A stretch of 64,000 nucleotides of DNA from an uncultured Actinomycetota bacterium (GTDB taxonomy: Bacteria; Actinomycetota; Actinomycetes; Mycobacteriales; Mycobacteriaceae), in assembly GCA_963721495.1 (NCBI GenBank), contig CAVRMG010000010.1, forward strand, positions 10,196 to 74,195. Direction: 5' to 3'. The notes beneath the pieces were generated by a model. It did no database searches. It was given only the letters and a program-made list of their open reading frames with translations, and was not told the DNA's origin. The translations under genes and the position numbers were made by a program. Below are positions 22,573 to 33,033 of the stretch, in pieces; positions within the stretch are counted from its first letter, which is position 1; each line of letters opens with the position of its first letter.

Positions 22573-24054
22573 ATGACGGGAACTGTCGCGGTGATCGGCG
22601 CCGGACCGGGCGGACTCGTCGCTGCACGATGGCTGCAGTCGCAGGAGTTCGAGCCGACGATCTTCGAGCAGGATTCCGAACTCGGCGGACAATGGACGGG
22701 CCGGCCGGGCCAGAGCGGGGTGTGGCCGGCCATGTACACCAACACCAGTCGGGTGCTGACGGCCTTCAGCGACCTCGAGCACGAAGGCGACCTTGTCTTC
22801 CTGTCGAACCATGACGTCCTCGACTACCTGAACCGCTACGCCGACATGTTTGGCCTCCGTGCACGTATCCGGTTCAGGGCACACGTGGACCGTGTCGGTC
22901 GAGAAGGTACCGGGTGGCAGGTGACGTCCGACGGGGTGAACGAGCGCTTCGGCCGAGTGGTGGTGGCCACCGGCAGATTTCGGTCCCCGGCCGTCCCCAC
23001 GGTGCCGGGTCTGGCCACATTCACCGGCTCTGCGGGAGTCATCTCGACATTCGATTACCGGGGAGCCGAACCCTATGTCGGCAAGCGCGTTCTGGTGGCG
23101 GGCTGCGCGGTCAGCGCTCTGGACATCGCTACGGAACTCGGGCGGCTCGGCGCGGCACGTGTGGTGGTGACTCAGCGGCGACAACGTTATGTCCTTCCGA
23201 AATTCGCGGCGGGAGTGCCGTCCGACCACCGGATCTTCACGCGGTACGGAGCCCTGGCGAACGAGACGCTCCCGCCCGAAGAGATCGACCGCCAGCTCAA
23301 GGAGATCGTGGTGGAGGCCAACGGGAGCCCAGAGCAGTACGGCGCGCCCGCGCCCGATCCCTCACTGTTCGCCGCCGGCGTCACCCTCAATCAGGGGTAC
23401 CTTCCGCTGGTGGCCGAGGGCCGAATCACGGTGCGACCGTGGATGACATCGATCAGCGGAACTGCAGTGACCTTCGCGGACGGATACAGCGAAGAGTTCG
23501 ACGGAATCGTTTTCGGCACAGGTTTCTCGCTGGATCTGCCGTTCCTCAGCGACGACGTCCGTGCCACTCTCGACCTCGACGCAGTGCATCTGGACGCTGA
23601 CCGCTACACCTTTCATCCAGACCTCCCCGGACTGGCGTTTATCGGCATGTGGGATCAGTCGGGCGGATACTTTGTGCCGCTGGAACTTCAGGCCCGCTGG
23701 ATCGCGTACACGTGGGGCGGCGCGATACCGGCGCCCGACGACACCGAACAACAACAAGCGATCGCCGATTATCGCGCGAGACGCGGATCGTCACAGAAGA
23801 CGCGGATGAATCTGGCGGCGGTGACATTCGCTCGGGCGGCCGGGGTGGAACCGCACCTGCACAACTGGCCGACTCTGCGAAGGGCGCTGCTTTTCGGCCC
23901 GCTCGCACCGAGTTGTTTTCGGCTGGAGGGCCCCGATGCGCTGCCCGACGCGCCGGCCCGGTTCGTACGCGACGCCGCTGCCTTCGGCGCGATCACCTCG
24001 AACGAGTTGACTGAGCGTGAACGCAGCTACTGGTCGCAGGTGGGGCCAAGGTAG
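22573..24054 (+). CDS. flavin-containing monooxygenase
   Basis: GAGPGG, GGQW, VATG, GKRVLVAG, FGTGF, ELQARW. Confidence 0.9.
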   Translation: MTGTVAVIGAGPGGLVAARWLQSQEFEPTIFEQDSELGGQWTGRPGQSGVWPAMYTNTSRVLTAFSDLEHEGDLVFLSNHDVLDYLNRYADMFGLRARIRFRAHVDRVGREGTGWQVTSDGVNERFGRVVVATGRFRSPAVPTVPGLATFTGSAGVISTFDYRGAEPYVGKRVLVAGCAVSALDIATELGRLGAARVVVTQRRQRYVLPKFAAGVPSDHRIFTRYGALANETLPPEEIDRQLKEIVVEANGSPEQYGAPAPDPSLFAAGVTLNQGYLPLVAEGRITVRPWMTSISGTAVTFADGYSEEFDGIVFGTGFSLDLPFLSDDVRATLDLDAVHLDADRYTFHPDLPGLAFIGMWDQSGGYFVPLELQARWIAYTWGGAIPAPDDTEQQQAIADYRARRGSSQKTRMNLAAVTFARAAGVEPHLHNWPTLRRALLFGPLAPSCFRLEGPDALPDAPARFVRDAAAFGAITSNELTERERSYWSQVGPR

Positions 24055-24057
24055 GCG

Positions 24058-26421
24058 CTATGTGTTGAGTGCGGTCTCCCCGATCACACGACGCACACGC
24101 AGATCGCCGATCTCGTCATCCGACAACCCGAGGCGGCGCAGGACTTCCTCGTTGTGCTGTCCAAGTGTCGGCGGCGCGAATCGGTGGTGGCTGCGCGGTC
24201 CGGGCGTCATGGTGAACGGCCAACCCGGATAGCGGTGCACACCGGTGATCGGGTGCTCGAACTGTTCGTAGTATCCGCGGGCGTCGAGCTGGGCCAGGTC
24301 GTACATGCGCCCGGCGGTCAGCACCCATTCTGCTGGGACGTGCACTGCGCCAAGAGCATCGACGACCTGCGCCGGCTCAAGGGCCCCCGTCCATTCGGCG
24401 ACTACGGCGTCGAAGTAGTCGTGCGCCGCTTCCCGGTGATCCGCCGACGCGAAGCGCCGATCGTCCAGGAGATCAGGCCGCGACATCGCCGAAACCAAGT
24501 GGACCCAGTCGGTGTCGTCGCGGACGGAGATCGCCACCCACTCGCCGTCCTCGGACGTCGGATACACACCCTGTAGGACGCCGCGTGTGCGGTTGCCCCC
24601 GCGCGGTTGCACAACGCCGTTCATCGTGTAATCGATCACCGGCTCTGCCGTCACGCACGCCGTGACCTCGACCTGTGCGATCTCGATGAGTTGGCCTTCG
24701 CCGGTGCTGCGGCGATGCTCGAGCGCGGCAAGTAGTGCGATGCCTGCGTGCACCCCGACGATCGGGTCGGCGGGCCCCTGCAGGGTGCAGGGCGGACCAT
24801 CCGCGTAACCCGTGACAGCGGCCATGCCCGACGTCTGCTCGAAATTGAGTGCCCATCCGACGTATTCGCGCCACGGCCCACTCAAACCGAACCCGGGCAT
24901 GCGCACGAGGATTACATCGCGCTTCAGCTCCACCAACGACTCGTAGTCGAGCCCGAACTGCTCGATCACCCGCGGCGAGAAGTTCTCGACGACGACGTCG
25001 GCTTCCCGAACGAGGCGGCGGATGAGGTCGCGACCCTGTTCGGAGGTGAGGTCGAGGGTGATGTCACGCTTGTCGAGGTTCGTCGCCTGCCACATCCCGC
25101 TCCGCTCGTACCACTGCTCCCCCTCGTGGGCCCACGCCCCCGAATAGCGGAACCCATCGGGCCGCTGAATCGACTCCACTTTGACGATCTCGGCGCCGAA
25201 GGCACCGAGATAACAGGTGAGGTATGCACCCGCCCAGAATGTCGTCAGGTCAAGAACTTTCACGTCTGCGAAGGGCTTCGACGGATCAGTCCCCACACCA
25301 TCGAACACCGACGAGCTTGTGGCGTCGGACGCTGAAGTACCCAGACGAGGTGCAGGTCGCGGCGGCAGCGCCGGGGTCTTCGACAACCGGAACGGGGCGC
25401 CGGGCCTACGGAAGGACCAGTCCGCACCGCCGGCATCAAGGAAGAACCCGCGCTCGAGGTACTGCGGACAATCCAGGACCGTTGCGCCGTCGTTGACTGG
25501 CGACGCCGGAATGCGCATCGCTTGGCTCAATTCGACGATCTCGCCCACTGTGTGCTCCGACAGCCACGGCTGGGCTTTCTCGAAGAACTCGCCGCGTTCC
25601 GGCCCTCCGAGCATGATCACAACCTGCAGCTCGCCGTACTCGGGCAGGCCAAGCAGCGCGCACACGTCGAGCCAGTGTTGTCCCGTCAGACAGTTGATCC
25701 CGAGCCAGCCGTCCGCCGCTCGGACGATACCCATCATCGGCGCCGACCTCGTGGAGGTGGGCAACCCGAGGCTTCGCATCTTCTCAGCCATCAGCATCGG
25801 ATACGGAAGTGTGGAGAGCAGCGACTCGAACACGGAGACGTCAACCTCGATGAACCGGTCAGACGTGGTTCTCAACGCGGTGAGCCCCGCGAGCGCGCCG
25901 TAGCCGCCTGCGACATACTCGGAAATCCTCGCGCCCGCCTGCACGGGCGCCCGACCGGGATCTCGGTTGTTGACCCAGCCCGACGCCGCCTGCACCGTCA
26001 GCGGCGTGGCATCGCGGTCACGAAGCGGCCCAGTGTGGCCGAAGTCAGAGATGCGGACGACGACGAGACCGGGGTTGAGCGACTCCAGCGAGTCCTTGCC
26101 GAGGCCCACGTGGTCCAGGGCTCCCGGCAGTAGACCGTCCACCAGCAGGTGCGCCTGTGAGATCAACCTTCCTGCGGCAGGTGCGTCGTTGTCGAGATCG
26201 ATTGTGGCGCCGCGCTTCCCTGCGTTCAGATAATCGAAAAGCCCCGATTTGTTCGGGTCCGGGACCCCGCCGGGAAACGGCCCCCAGCGCCGCATCGGAT
26301 CTCCGGAAGGCGGCTCGATCTTCGTGACTTCGGCACCGAGGTCGACGAGCAGCTTGGTGCAGTACGGGCCCGCGATGTCCCCGGCGATCTCGACGACGCG
26401 TAGTCCCTCCAGGGCCTCCAT
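24058..26421 (-). CDS. CaiB/BaiF class III CoA-transferase, tandem double domain
   Basis: Two repeats: LEGLRVVE...LGAEVTKIEP and VKVLDLT...GAEIVKVES, ADVVVENF. Confidence 0.92.
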   Translation of the reverse strand: MEALEGLRVVEIAGDIAGPYCTKLLVDLGAEVTKIEPPSGDPMRRWGPFPGGVPDPNKSGLFDYLNAGKRGATIDLDNDAPAAGRLISQAHLLVDGLLPGALDHVGLGKDSLESLNPGLVVVRISDFGHTGPLRDRDATPLTVQAASGWVNNRDPGRAPVQAGARISEYVAGGYGALAGLTALRTTSDRFIEVDVSVFESLLSTLPYPMLMAEKMRSLGLPTSTRSAPMMGIVRAADGWLGINCLTGQHWLDVCALLGLPEYGELQVVIMLGGPERGEFFEKAQPWLSEHTVGEIVELSQAMRIPASPVNDGATVLDCPQYLERGFFLDAGGADWSFRRPGAPFRLSKTPALPPRPAPRLGTSASDATSSSVFDGVGTDPSKPFADVKVLDLTTFWAGAYLTCYLGAFGAEIVKVESIQRPDGFRYSGAWAHEGEQWYERSGMWQATNLDKRDITLDLTSEQGRDLIRRLVREADVVVENFSPRVIEQFGLDYESLVELKRDVILVRMPGFGLSGPWREYVGWALNFEQTSGMAAVTGYADGPPCTLQGPADPIVGVHAGIALLAALEHRRSTGEGQLIEIAQVEVTACVTAEPVIDYTMNGVVQPRGGNRTRGVLQGVYPTSEDGEWVAISVRDDTDWVHLVSAMSRPDLLDDRRFASADHREAAHDYFDAVVAEWTGALEPAQVVDALGAVHVPAEWVLTAGRMYDLAQLDARGYYEQFEHPITGVHRYPGWPFTMTPGPRSHHRFAPPTLGQHNEEVLRRLGLSDDEIGDLRVRRVIGETALNT

Positions 26422-27884
26422 CACGCCGGAATTCCGATGGCCTTCTGTTCCATGTAGCTGTAGAGCCCCGGAAGGCCGCCGCCTTCGCGGCCCAGTCCGC
26501 TCTGTTTGAATCCGCCGAACGGCGCATCACCTGGGATGCAACCGTTCACCGCAATCTGCCCGGTGCGGACACGCCGCGCAACATTGACCGCGCGGTCCAC
26601 GTCGCCGCCCCAGACCGCGCCCGAGAGCCCGTACTGCGAGTTGTTGGCGATCGAAACCGCGTCGTCGTCGTTCCGGTAACGCAGAACCGCCAAAACCGGT
26701 CCGAACACTTCTTCTTGGGCGATCACCGAGTCCGGCGTGACGCCGGTCAGGATCGTCGGCTCGAAGTAGAAGCCCTTGTCCAGGCCGGCAGGACGGCGGC
26801 CGCCGGCGGCTAGCGTGGCACCTCCATCGAGCGCGGCTGAAACATGCGCCTCCACTCGATCCAACTGACCACCGCTGATGAGCGGACCCATGTGCACCTC
26901 AGGATCCGTCGGATCACCCACCTTTACGCGTCTGGCCAACTCGACAAGCCTGTCAACGACCTCATCGTGAAGGCGCTCCGGCAGCAATAGGCGACTCTGC
27001 AGGATGCACGCCTGCCCGGCATGCAGCGAGCAGCCGTCGAACAGGATCCGTTCCAGCAGTTGGTCCGTCACCTCGACGTCGTCGAGAATGATGCCCGCCG
27101 ACTTTCCGCCACACTCGAGCAGGATTCGCTTCATGGTGCCGCCCGCGGCGGCCATCACCTCACGGCCGACGGCAGAGCTACCGGTGAAGCTCACCATGTC
27201 GATACGCGGGTCGGTGGTGAGCAACTTGCTCGCCTCGATGCCGCTGGGCGTGACAACGTTGACCACCCCCGGCGGAATATCGGTGTGCTCGTCGATGATT
27301 CGCGCGAGCGCGAGGCCGGCGAGCGGCGTCAGCGGTGATGGTTTGAGTACCACCGTGTTGCCAGCGGCCAACGCGCGGCTCATCTTCATCACGTTGAGGC
27401 TGTGTGGGAAGTTCCACGGTGTCAGGATCGACACGACACCGAGCGACTCGTGGCGCAGCAGTGTTGTTCCTGCAGCCCCGAACGGGCTGATCGGCTCGTC
27501 GGTGAGCTGGGCGGCGAGTTCGGCGGTGTTCAGCGCCATGAATGCCGGACCGTCGATCTGGATCATGCGCTCGTTCGTGGTACAGCCCCACTCGGCTTGG
27601 GACAATGCGAAGAACGCGTCGGCATGCTGCATGAGCGCGTTGCCCAACTGATTGAGACACCGAGCGCGTTCGTCGACCGAACTGTTGGCCCACGACCCGG
27701 CGTCGAACGCCCGCCGCGCGGCCGAAATCGCGGCGTCGACGTCGGCGACGCCGGCGTCGGGAGCTTGGGCGATCGTTTCCTCCGTCGCCGGCGAAATGTC
27801 GTCATAGCCACCATTCCCAGGCTCGACCCACCGACCTTCGATGTAGAGCGGGTATGAGTCGAGGAGTGGACGCGCGTCGGCCAT
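26421..27884 (-). CDS. aldehyde dehydrogenase
   Basis: PWNFP, LKPS, FTGS, LECGGK, GQAC, EEVFGP, PFGGFKQSG. Confidence 0.96.
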   Translation of the reverse strand: MADARPLLDSYPLYIEGRWVEPGNGGYDDISPATEETIAQAPDAGVADVDAAISAARRAFDAGSWANSSVDERARCLNQLGNALMQHADAFFALSQAEWGCTTNERMIQIDGPAFMALNTAELAAQLTDEPISPFGAAGTTLLRHESLGVVSILTPWNFPHSLNVMKMSRALAAGNTVVLKPSPLTPLAGLALARIIDEHTDIPPGVVNVVTPSGIEASKLLTTDPRIDMVSFTGSSAVGREVMAAAGGTMKRILLECGGKSAGIILDDVEVTDQLLERILFDGCSLHAGQACILQSRLLLPERLHDEVVDRLVELARRVKVGDPTDPEVHMGPLISGGQLDRVEAHVSAALDGGATLAAGGRRPAGLDKGFYFEPTILTGVTPDSVIAQEEVFGPVLAVLRYRNDDDAVSIANNSQYGLSGAVWGGDVDRAVNVARRVRTGQIAVNGCIPGDAPFGGFKQSGLGREGGGLPGLYSYMEQKAIGIPA

Positions 27885-27914
27885 ATCGTTTCCTCACCGA
27901 AGTCAGTGGATCAA

Positions 27915-28060
27915 CACTTGGTGTACACCTGTCGGACTCACCCGTCAATCGTCGCTGCCCAACTTGGTTGTAAACCAACAGATCATCCAGCATTGACAGT
28001 TCTGACGCCGTCAAGTAGACACAGTGAGTATCGGACAGATTGCCATGAACTGTCTGATGC
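27915..28060. promoter_or_regulatory. divergent promoter region with several palindromes
   Basis: GGTGTACACC (27920-29), TTGGTT-GTA-AACCAA (27964-78), TTGACA at 27993, ATCGGACAG-N11-CTGTCTGAT (28030-58). Confidence 0.5.
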
Positions 28061-28083
28061 TATTTCCGTCGAGGGAGGCCGCC

Positions 28084-29265
28084 CTGCGTACCGAAGTCCC
28101 TCTGCACTCGCCCGACTTCTTCGCGGGCGACCCGTACCCGGCGTATAAGGAACTCCGCGCGAGCGAGCCGGTCTGTTGGAATGACGTCACCAAGTTCTGG
28201 GCCCTGCTGAAATACGAGGACGCCAGGTACGTCTCCACGCATCCGGACAAGTTCTCCTCGGCCAAAGGCATCACCATTCCCGATCCCGTGATGCCGAACC
28301 CGGTTCAGGACGGCAACCTCATCTTCACCGATCCGCCACGACACCGTCAGCTGCGCAAGCTGATCAACACCGGCTTCACCCGGCGGCAGGTCGCAATTCT
28401 CGAGCCGAAGGTGCGCGAGATCGTCTACGGCGTCCTCGACGACGTCCGTCCCGACTCCACCCTGGAGTTCGCCGAAACGCTCGCGGCCCCCCTGCCCACG
28501 CGGATGATCGCCGAACTGCTCGGCGCCCCATCAGACGACTGGGAGAAGTTCCGCCGATGGTCGGATGCATGCACCGGAAACGCCGACCCCGAGATCGAGC
28601 TCGATTCGTTCGTGGCGATCGGTGAGCTGTTCGAGTACTTCCAGCAGCTCATCGCCGCACGTCGTGCCGAACCGCGAGACGACATGCTGTCGGTGTTGAG
28701 CACCGCGGAGGTCGACGGGGCGAGGTTGACCGACGAGGACCTGCTGAACTTCGCGTTCCTGCTGCTCGTGGCCGGTAACGAGACGACTCGCAACCTGATC
28801 GCGTTGGGCACGTTGGCGCTCATCGAGCATCCGGATACCTGCGCGCAGCTCGTCAAGGACCCCACGCTGATCCCCGGCGCGGTCGAGGAGATGCTGCGTT
28901 GGTGCTCCCCGGTGACCCACATGGCCCGGACAGCGACCGTCGACGTCGAGATTCGGGGGCAGCACATCCGCGAGGGCGACACCGTCGTGATGCTCTATGG
29001 CTCGGCCAACCGCGACGAAGAGATCTTCGGAGCCGACGCCGAGGAGTTCAGGATCGACCGCCACCCGAATCCGCACATCGCCTTCGGTTGTGGCGAGCAC
29101 TCGTGCGTCGGGGCCCAGCTAGCCCGACTCGAGGCGCGTGTGTTCTTCGAGGTGCTGCTGGGCCGCTATCCGGAGCTTGAACTGGTCGGCGATGTCGATC
29201 GAATGAGGGCAACGATGGTGCCCGGCGTCAAACGTATGCCCGTGCGACTCGGAACGGGGCGCTGA
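28084..29265 (+). CDS. cytochrome P450, CYP125/CYP142-like
   Basis: LVAGNETT I-helix, EEMLR, AFGCGEHSCVG heme ligand; start uncertain (CTG 28084 after GAGGGAGG, or ATG 28045/28057). Confidence 0.93.
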   Translation: MRTEVPLHSPDFFAGDPYPAYKELRASEPVCWNDVTKFWALLKYEDARYVSTHPDKFSSAKGITIPDPVMPNPVQDGNLIFTDPPRHRQLRKLINTGFTRRQVAILEPKVREIVYGVLDDVRPDSTLEFAETLAAPLPTRMIAELLGAPSDDWEKFRRWSDACTGNADPEIELDSFVAIGELFEYFQQLIAARRAEPRDDMLSVLSTAEVDGARLTDEDLLNFAFLLLVAGNETTRNLIALGTLALIEHPDTCAQLVKDPTLIPGAVEEMLRWCSPVTHMARTATVDVEIRGQHIREGDTVVMLYGSANRDEEIFGADAEEFRIDRHPNPHIAFGCGEHSCVGAQLARLEARVFFEVLLGRYPELELVGDVDRMRATMVPGVKRMPVRLGTGR

Positions 29266-29268
29266 GCG

Positions 29269-30469
29269 GTGCATCTGGATTTCACGCCTGAACAGAAAGC
29301 AGCTTCGCGCCGAGATTCGCGCCTCGCTGGAGACGGTCATGACACCTGAGCGCAGGGCGGTGGTTGCCAACCGCCTGGAGGGCGGCCCGGAGTTCAAAGA
29401 GTGCGTGCAGGCACTGGGCGCCGCCCATCTGCTCGGCGTCGGCTGGCCGAAGGAATATGGCGGACGTGGCTTTTCGGCCATCGAGCAGTTCATCTTCAAC
29501 GAAGAGATTCAGCGGGCGAACGCCCCAATACCGTTCGTCACGCTCAACACCGTCGGGCCCACGCTCATGCAATACGGCACCGAGGAGCAGAAGCAGACGT
29601 TCTTACCTGCGATCCTTGACGGCACGGTGGAGTTCGCGATCGGGTACTCGGAGCCGGCCGCCGGGAGCGACCTGGCGTCGCTGCGCACTACTGCCGTGCG
29701 TGATGGCGACGCGTACGTCGTCAGTGGGCAGAAGATGTTCACCAGCGGTGCCAACCATGCCGACTACATCTGGCTCGCCGCGCGCACCGACCCTGCGGCG
29801 AAGAAACACAGGGGTATCTCGATTTTCATCGTTCCGACATCATCGCCCGGGTTCTCGTGGAAGCCGCTGCACACCATGCCGGGCATTTCCACCTTCTACA
29901 CGTTCTATGACGATGTGCGTGTGCCGGCCAGTTCGATCGTCGCCGGCGAGAACGAGGGCTGGAAGCTCATCACGACACAGCTCAATTTCGAGCGCGCGGC
30001 GATGGGCAACCTCGGCGCGGTGGAGCCGTTGTTCGAAAAGACGCTGCAGTGGGCACAGACCACCGAAGTCGACGGCGGTCGCGTCATCGACCAGCCGTGG
30101 GTGCGACACGCGCTGGCCCGCGTCGAAGCGCAGGTCGCGGCGTACAGGATCATGAATCTGCGAGTCAACGCGGCCATGACCAAAGGTGCTCTCGGCATGG
30201 GCGAAGCGTCGGCCGTCAAGGTGTTCGGCACCGAACTGACGCAGCAGGTAGCCCGTGAACTGCTCGAGGTTCTCGACCGTAACGGAGTCAGAAAAGGCGA
30301 AGACGCGCCGTTGCGCGGAGCACTCGAATCGGCGTACCGGATTGCAGTGATCAACACTTTCGGCGGCGGCGCCAACGAACTACAACGCGACATCATCGCG
30401 ATGGCGGGACTTTTCATGCCGCGCGCACCACGCGACCTCAGGGCCAACCAGAACGGGGATGCCAAATGA
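29269..30469 (+). CDS. acyl-CoA dehydrogenase, FadE29/ChsE2-like (apparent +1 indel ~29298)
   Basis: MHLDFTPEQK then QLRAEIR in the next frame; FAIGYSEPAAGSDLASL, GQKMFTS, TFGGGANELQR. Confidence 0.88.
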
Positions 30470-31038
30470 CAGACACCGAGTTCCGTCAGAAGCTCGACGC
30501 GCTCATCGGCCAGCCGACCGGTGGATCAGGCAGGCCAACCGTTGCGCCGGACCCGGTGAACCAGCCGATGATTCGGCACTGGGCCTATGCGCTCGCCGAC
30601 ATGAACCCGGTCTATCTCGATCCCGAGTTCGCCGAAAAGTCGAGGTTCGGCGGCATCGTGTCTCCCCCGGTGATGCTGCAGGCCTGGACCATGCCCGCTC
30701 CCAAGATCGAGGGCATCGCCGAACGGGGTGGCGTTCCGATCGAAATGGACAAGAACAAGAACCCTGCGGCGTTCATCGAGGAGGCCGGATTCACCGGCAT
30801 CGTTGCGACCAACTCGGAGTTCGAGATCGAACGCTATCCACGCCTCGGCGACGTCATCTCGGTGACACAGGAGTACGAGGACATCTCCGACGAGAAGAAG
30901 ACCTCTCTGGGCACCGGCCATTTCGTCACGTGGGTGTCGACCTACACCGACCAGAACGGGGAAGTGTTGGGCCGCCAGCGTTTCCGGGTCTTCCGATTCA
31001 AGGCCAACTGGGCCCCCGCCGGAACGGCTGGGGACTGA
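30466..31038 (+). CDS. MaoC-like dehydratase, ChsH2 N-terminal-like
   Basis: APDPVNQPMIRHW, NPVYLD, PPVMLQAWTM, VATNSE, KKTSLGTGHF. Confidence 0.85.
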   Translation: MTDTEFRQKLDALIGQPTGGSGRPTVAPDPVNQPMIRHWAYALADMNPVYLDPEFAEKSRFGGIVSPPVMLQAWTMPAPKIEGIAERGGVPIEMDKNKNPAAFIEEAGFTGIVATNSEFEIERYPRLGDVISVTQEYEDISDEKKTSLGTGHFVTWVSTYTDQNGEVLGRQRFRVFRFKANWAPAGTAGD

Positions 31039-31448
31039 TGGCGACGCGGTTGGCACCGTCGTTCAGTCCGGACACCGAGTTCTTCTGGAACGGGCTACGC
31101 GATCGCAAGCTGCTGATCCAGCGGTGCAAGGGATGTCAGGCGCTTCGGCAGCCTGCACGTCCGATGTGCCCGTCTTGCAACTCACTCGACTGGGACACCG
31201 TCGAGTCCTCGGGCCGCGGCACGGTGTACAGCTACGTGATGCCGCAGCACCCGCCGATGCCGTTGATGGAGTACCCCTACATCGTTGCTCTCATCGAGCT
31301 CGACGAAGGCATGCGACTGGTGTCGAACCTGTGCGAGATCGCGCCCGACGATGTCGAAGTCGGCATGGCCGTCGAGGTCTTCTACGAGACGTTCGACACC
31401 CTTGATGGGAAAGACCTCGTGCTGCACCAGTTCCGTCCGGCCCGATAG
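31038..31448 (+). CDS. DUF35 Zn-ribbon/OB-fold protein, ChsH2 C-terminal-like
   Basis: ATG overlaps the upstream TGA; FFWNG, CKGC..CPSC, SGRGTVYSY, VELDEG-like motif. Confidence 0.9.
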   Translation: MATRLAPSFSPDTEFFWNGLRDRKLLIQRCKGCQALRQPARPMCPSCNSLDWDTVESSGRGTVYSYVMPQHPPMPLMEYPYIVALIELDEGMRLVSNLCEIAPDDVEVGMAVEVFYETFDTLDGKDLVLHQFRPAR

Positions 31449-31463
31449 GCGAGGCGCACACAA

Positions 31464-32565
31464 ATGGACTTCACGTTCACCGAAGAACAAGAGACGATCG
31501 TCAAGGTCGCGCGCCAGCTCTTCGACCACCGTGCGACCCCCGAGCGTCTGACCGAGCTCGAAGCCGGAGACCAGCGCTACGACGCCGGCACTCTGGCGGG
31601 AACTCGCGACCGCCGACCTACTCGGAGTCGCATTGCCCGAGAAGACCGGCGGCAGCGGCCACGGCTTCGTGGAGTTGGCGTTGCTTCTCGCCGAGGTGGG
31701 TTGGAGCGTCGCGCCGGTACCGGTGTACGCCACCCTGCTTCTCGGCGCCGACACCGTCGCCCGCTACGGCGACGACCGCCAGCAGCAGAGGTATCTCCCC
31801 GAGGTCATCAAAGGAGACCTCCTGCTCAGCGCAGCGTTGACCGAACACGGCCGGTCCGACCCGACGATGCCTACCACCACCGCACGGCGCGACGGTGACC
31901 GCTGGCGGCTCGACGGCAGCAAGGAGCTGGTTCCCGCCGCGCCGATCGCCAACACCATGCTGATCCCGGCCGCGATGGACGATGGTCTCGGCGTCTTCCT
32001 GGTCGATACGAACGCCGCCGGTGTCGATGTTCGACAAGTCGTCACCACCAATGGCGAGCCCCACGCCGACGTATTCCTCGACGGCGCAGCAGTTTCGAAC
32101 GGCGACCAGCTCATCGGCGACGGTACCGAGATCATCGAGTCGCTGCACGCCCGCGCGCTTGTCGGACTGTGTGCGATCCAGCTCGGCGTCACCGAGCGCG
32201 CGCTGCGCATGGCCGCGTCGTACACCACCGAACGCGAGCAGTTCGGGCGTCCGATCGGAAGTTTCCAGGCCGTGCAGCAGCGGATGGCCGACGCGTTCAT
32301 CGACGTCGAAGCGATCCGGTGGACCATGTGGCAGGCCGCGTGGCTGCTCGACCAGGGCGGCGCGCCCGGCCGGGAGGCGAGCATCGCGAAGTTCTGGGCG
32401 GCCGAAGCGGGTGCCCGAGTCGCGGCGACCGCTCAGCAGGTTCACGGCGGCATAGGCATCGACACCACGTATCCGTTGTTCCGTTACTTCCTGTGGGCCA
32501 AACACAACGAGCTGACCCTCGGTTCGGCGTCCGCGCAACTCGCCCGCCTCGGCGCCGACTACTGA
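31464..32565 (+). CDS. acyl-CoA dehydrogenase, FadE28/ChsE1-like (apparent +1 indel ~31587)
   Basis: MDFTFTEEQE...; REQFGRPIGSFQAV, QVHGGIG. Confidence 0.88.
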
Positions 32566-32574
32566 AGAAGAGCC

Positions 32575-33033
32575 ATGACCACCACCACATTTCGCACCAC
32601 GACGCTGGACTGGCGCGACATCAATGTCGGCGACGAGGTCACCCCGCTCGAGATTCCGGTCACCGCCACGGTGATCGTCGCCGGCGCGATCGCATCGCGG
32701 GACTTCATGCCGGTGCACCACGATCCCGAGTTCGCGAAGAAACAGGGATCGCCCAACATGTTCATGAACATCCTCACCACCAACGGTCTGTGCGTGCGGT
32801 TCCTCACCGACTGGGCAGGCCCCGAAGCGATGGTGACGAAGCTGGCGATCCGACTGGGGGTGCCCGCATTCCCCAACGACCCCCTGCGCTTCACCGGGAA
32901 CGTCACCGCGACGTCAGCAGGAGCTGACGGTGAGGGGCTTGTCGAGATCGCGTTCAAGGGCAGCAACAGCCTGGGCGACCACGTGTCGGGAACGGCGACG
33001 GTCAGCCTGCTGGACGACCGAGTCAAGCAATGA
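32575..33033 (+). CDS. MaoC-like hydratase, ChsH1-like
   Basis: IVAGAIASRDFMPVHHD, FMNILTTNG, DWAGP, RLGVP, GDHV. Confidence 0.88.
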   Translation: MTTTTFRTTTLDWRDINVGDEVTPLEIPVTATVIVAGAIASRDFMPVHHDPEFAKKQGSPNMFMNILTTNGLCVRFLTDWAGPEAMVTKLAIRLGVPAFPNDPLRFTGNVTATSAGADGEGLVEIAFKGSNSLGDHVSGTATVSLLDDRVKQ

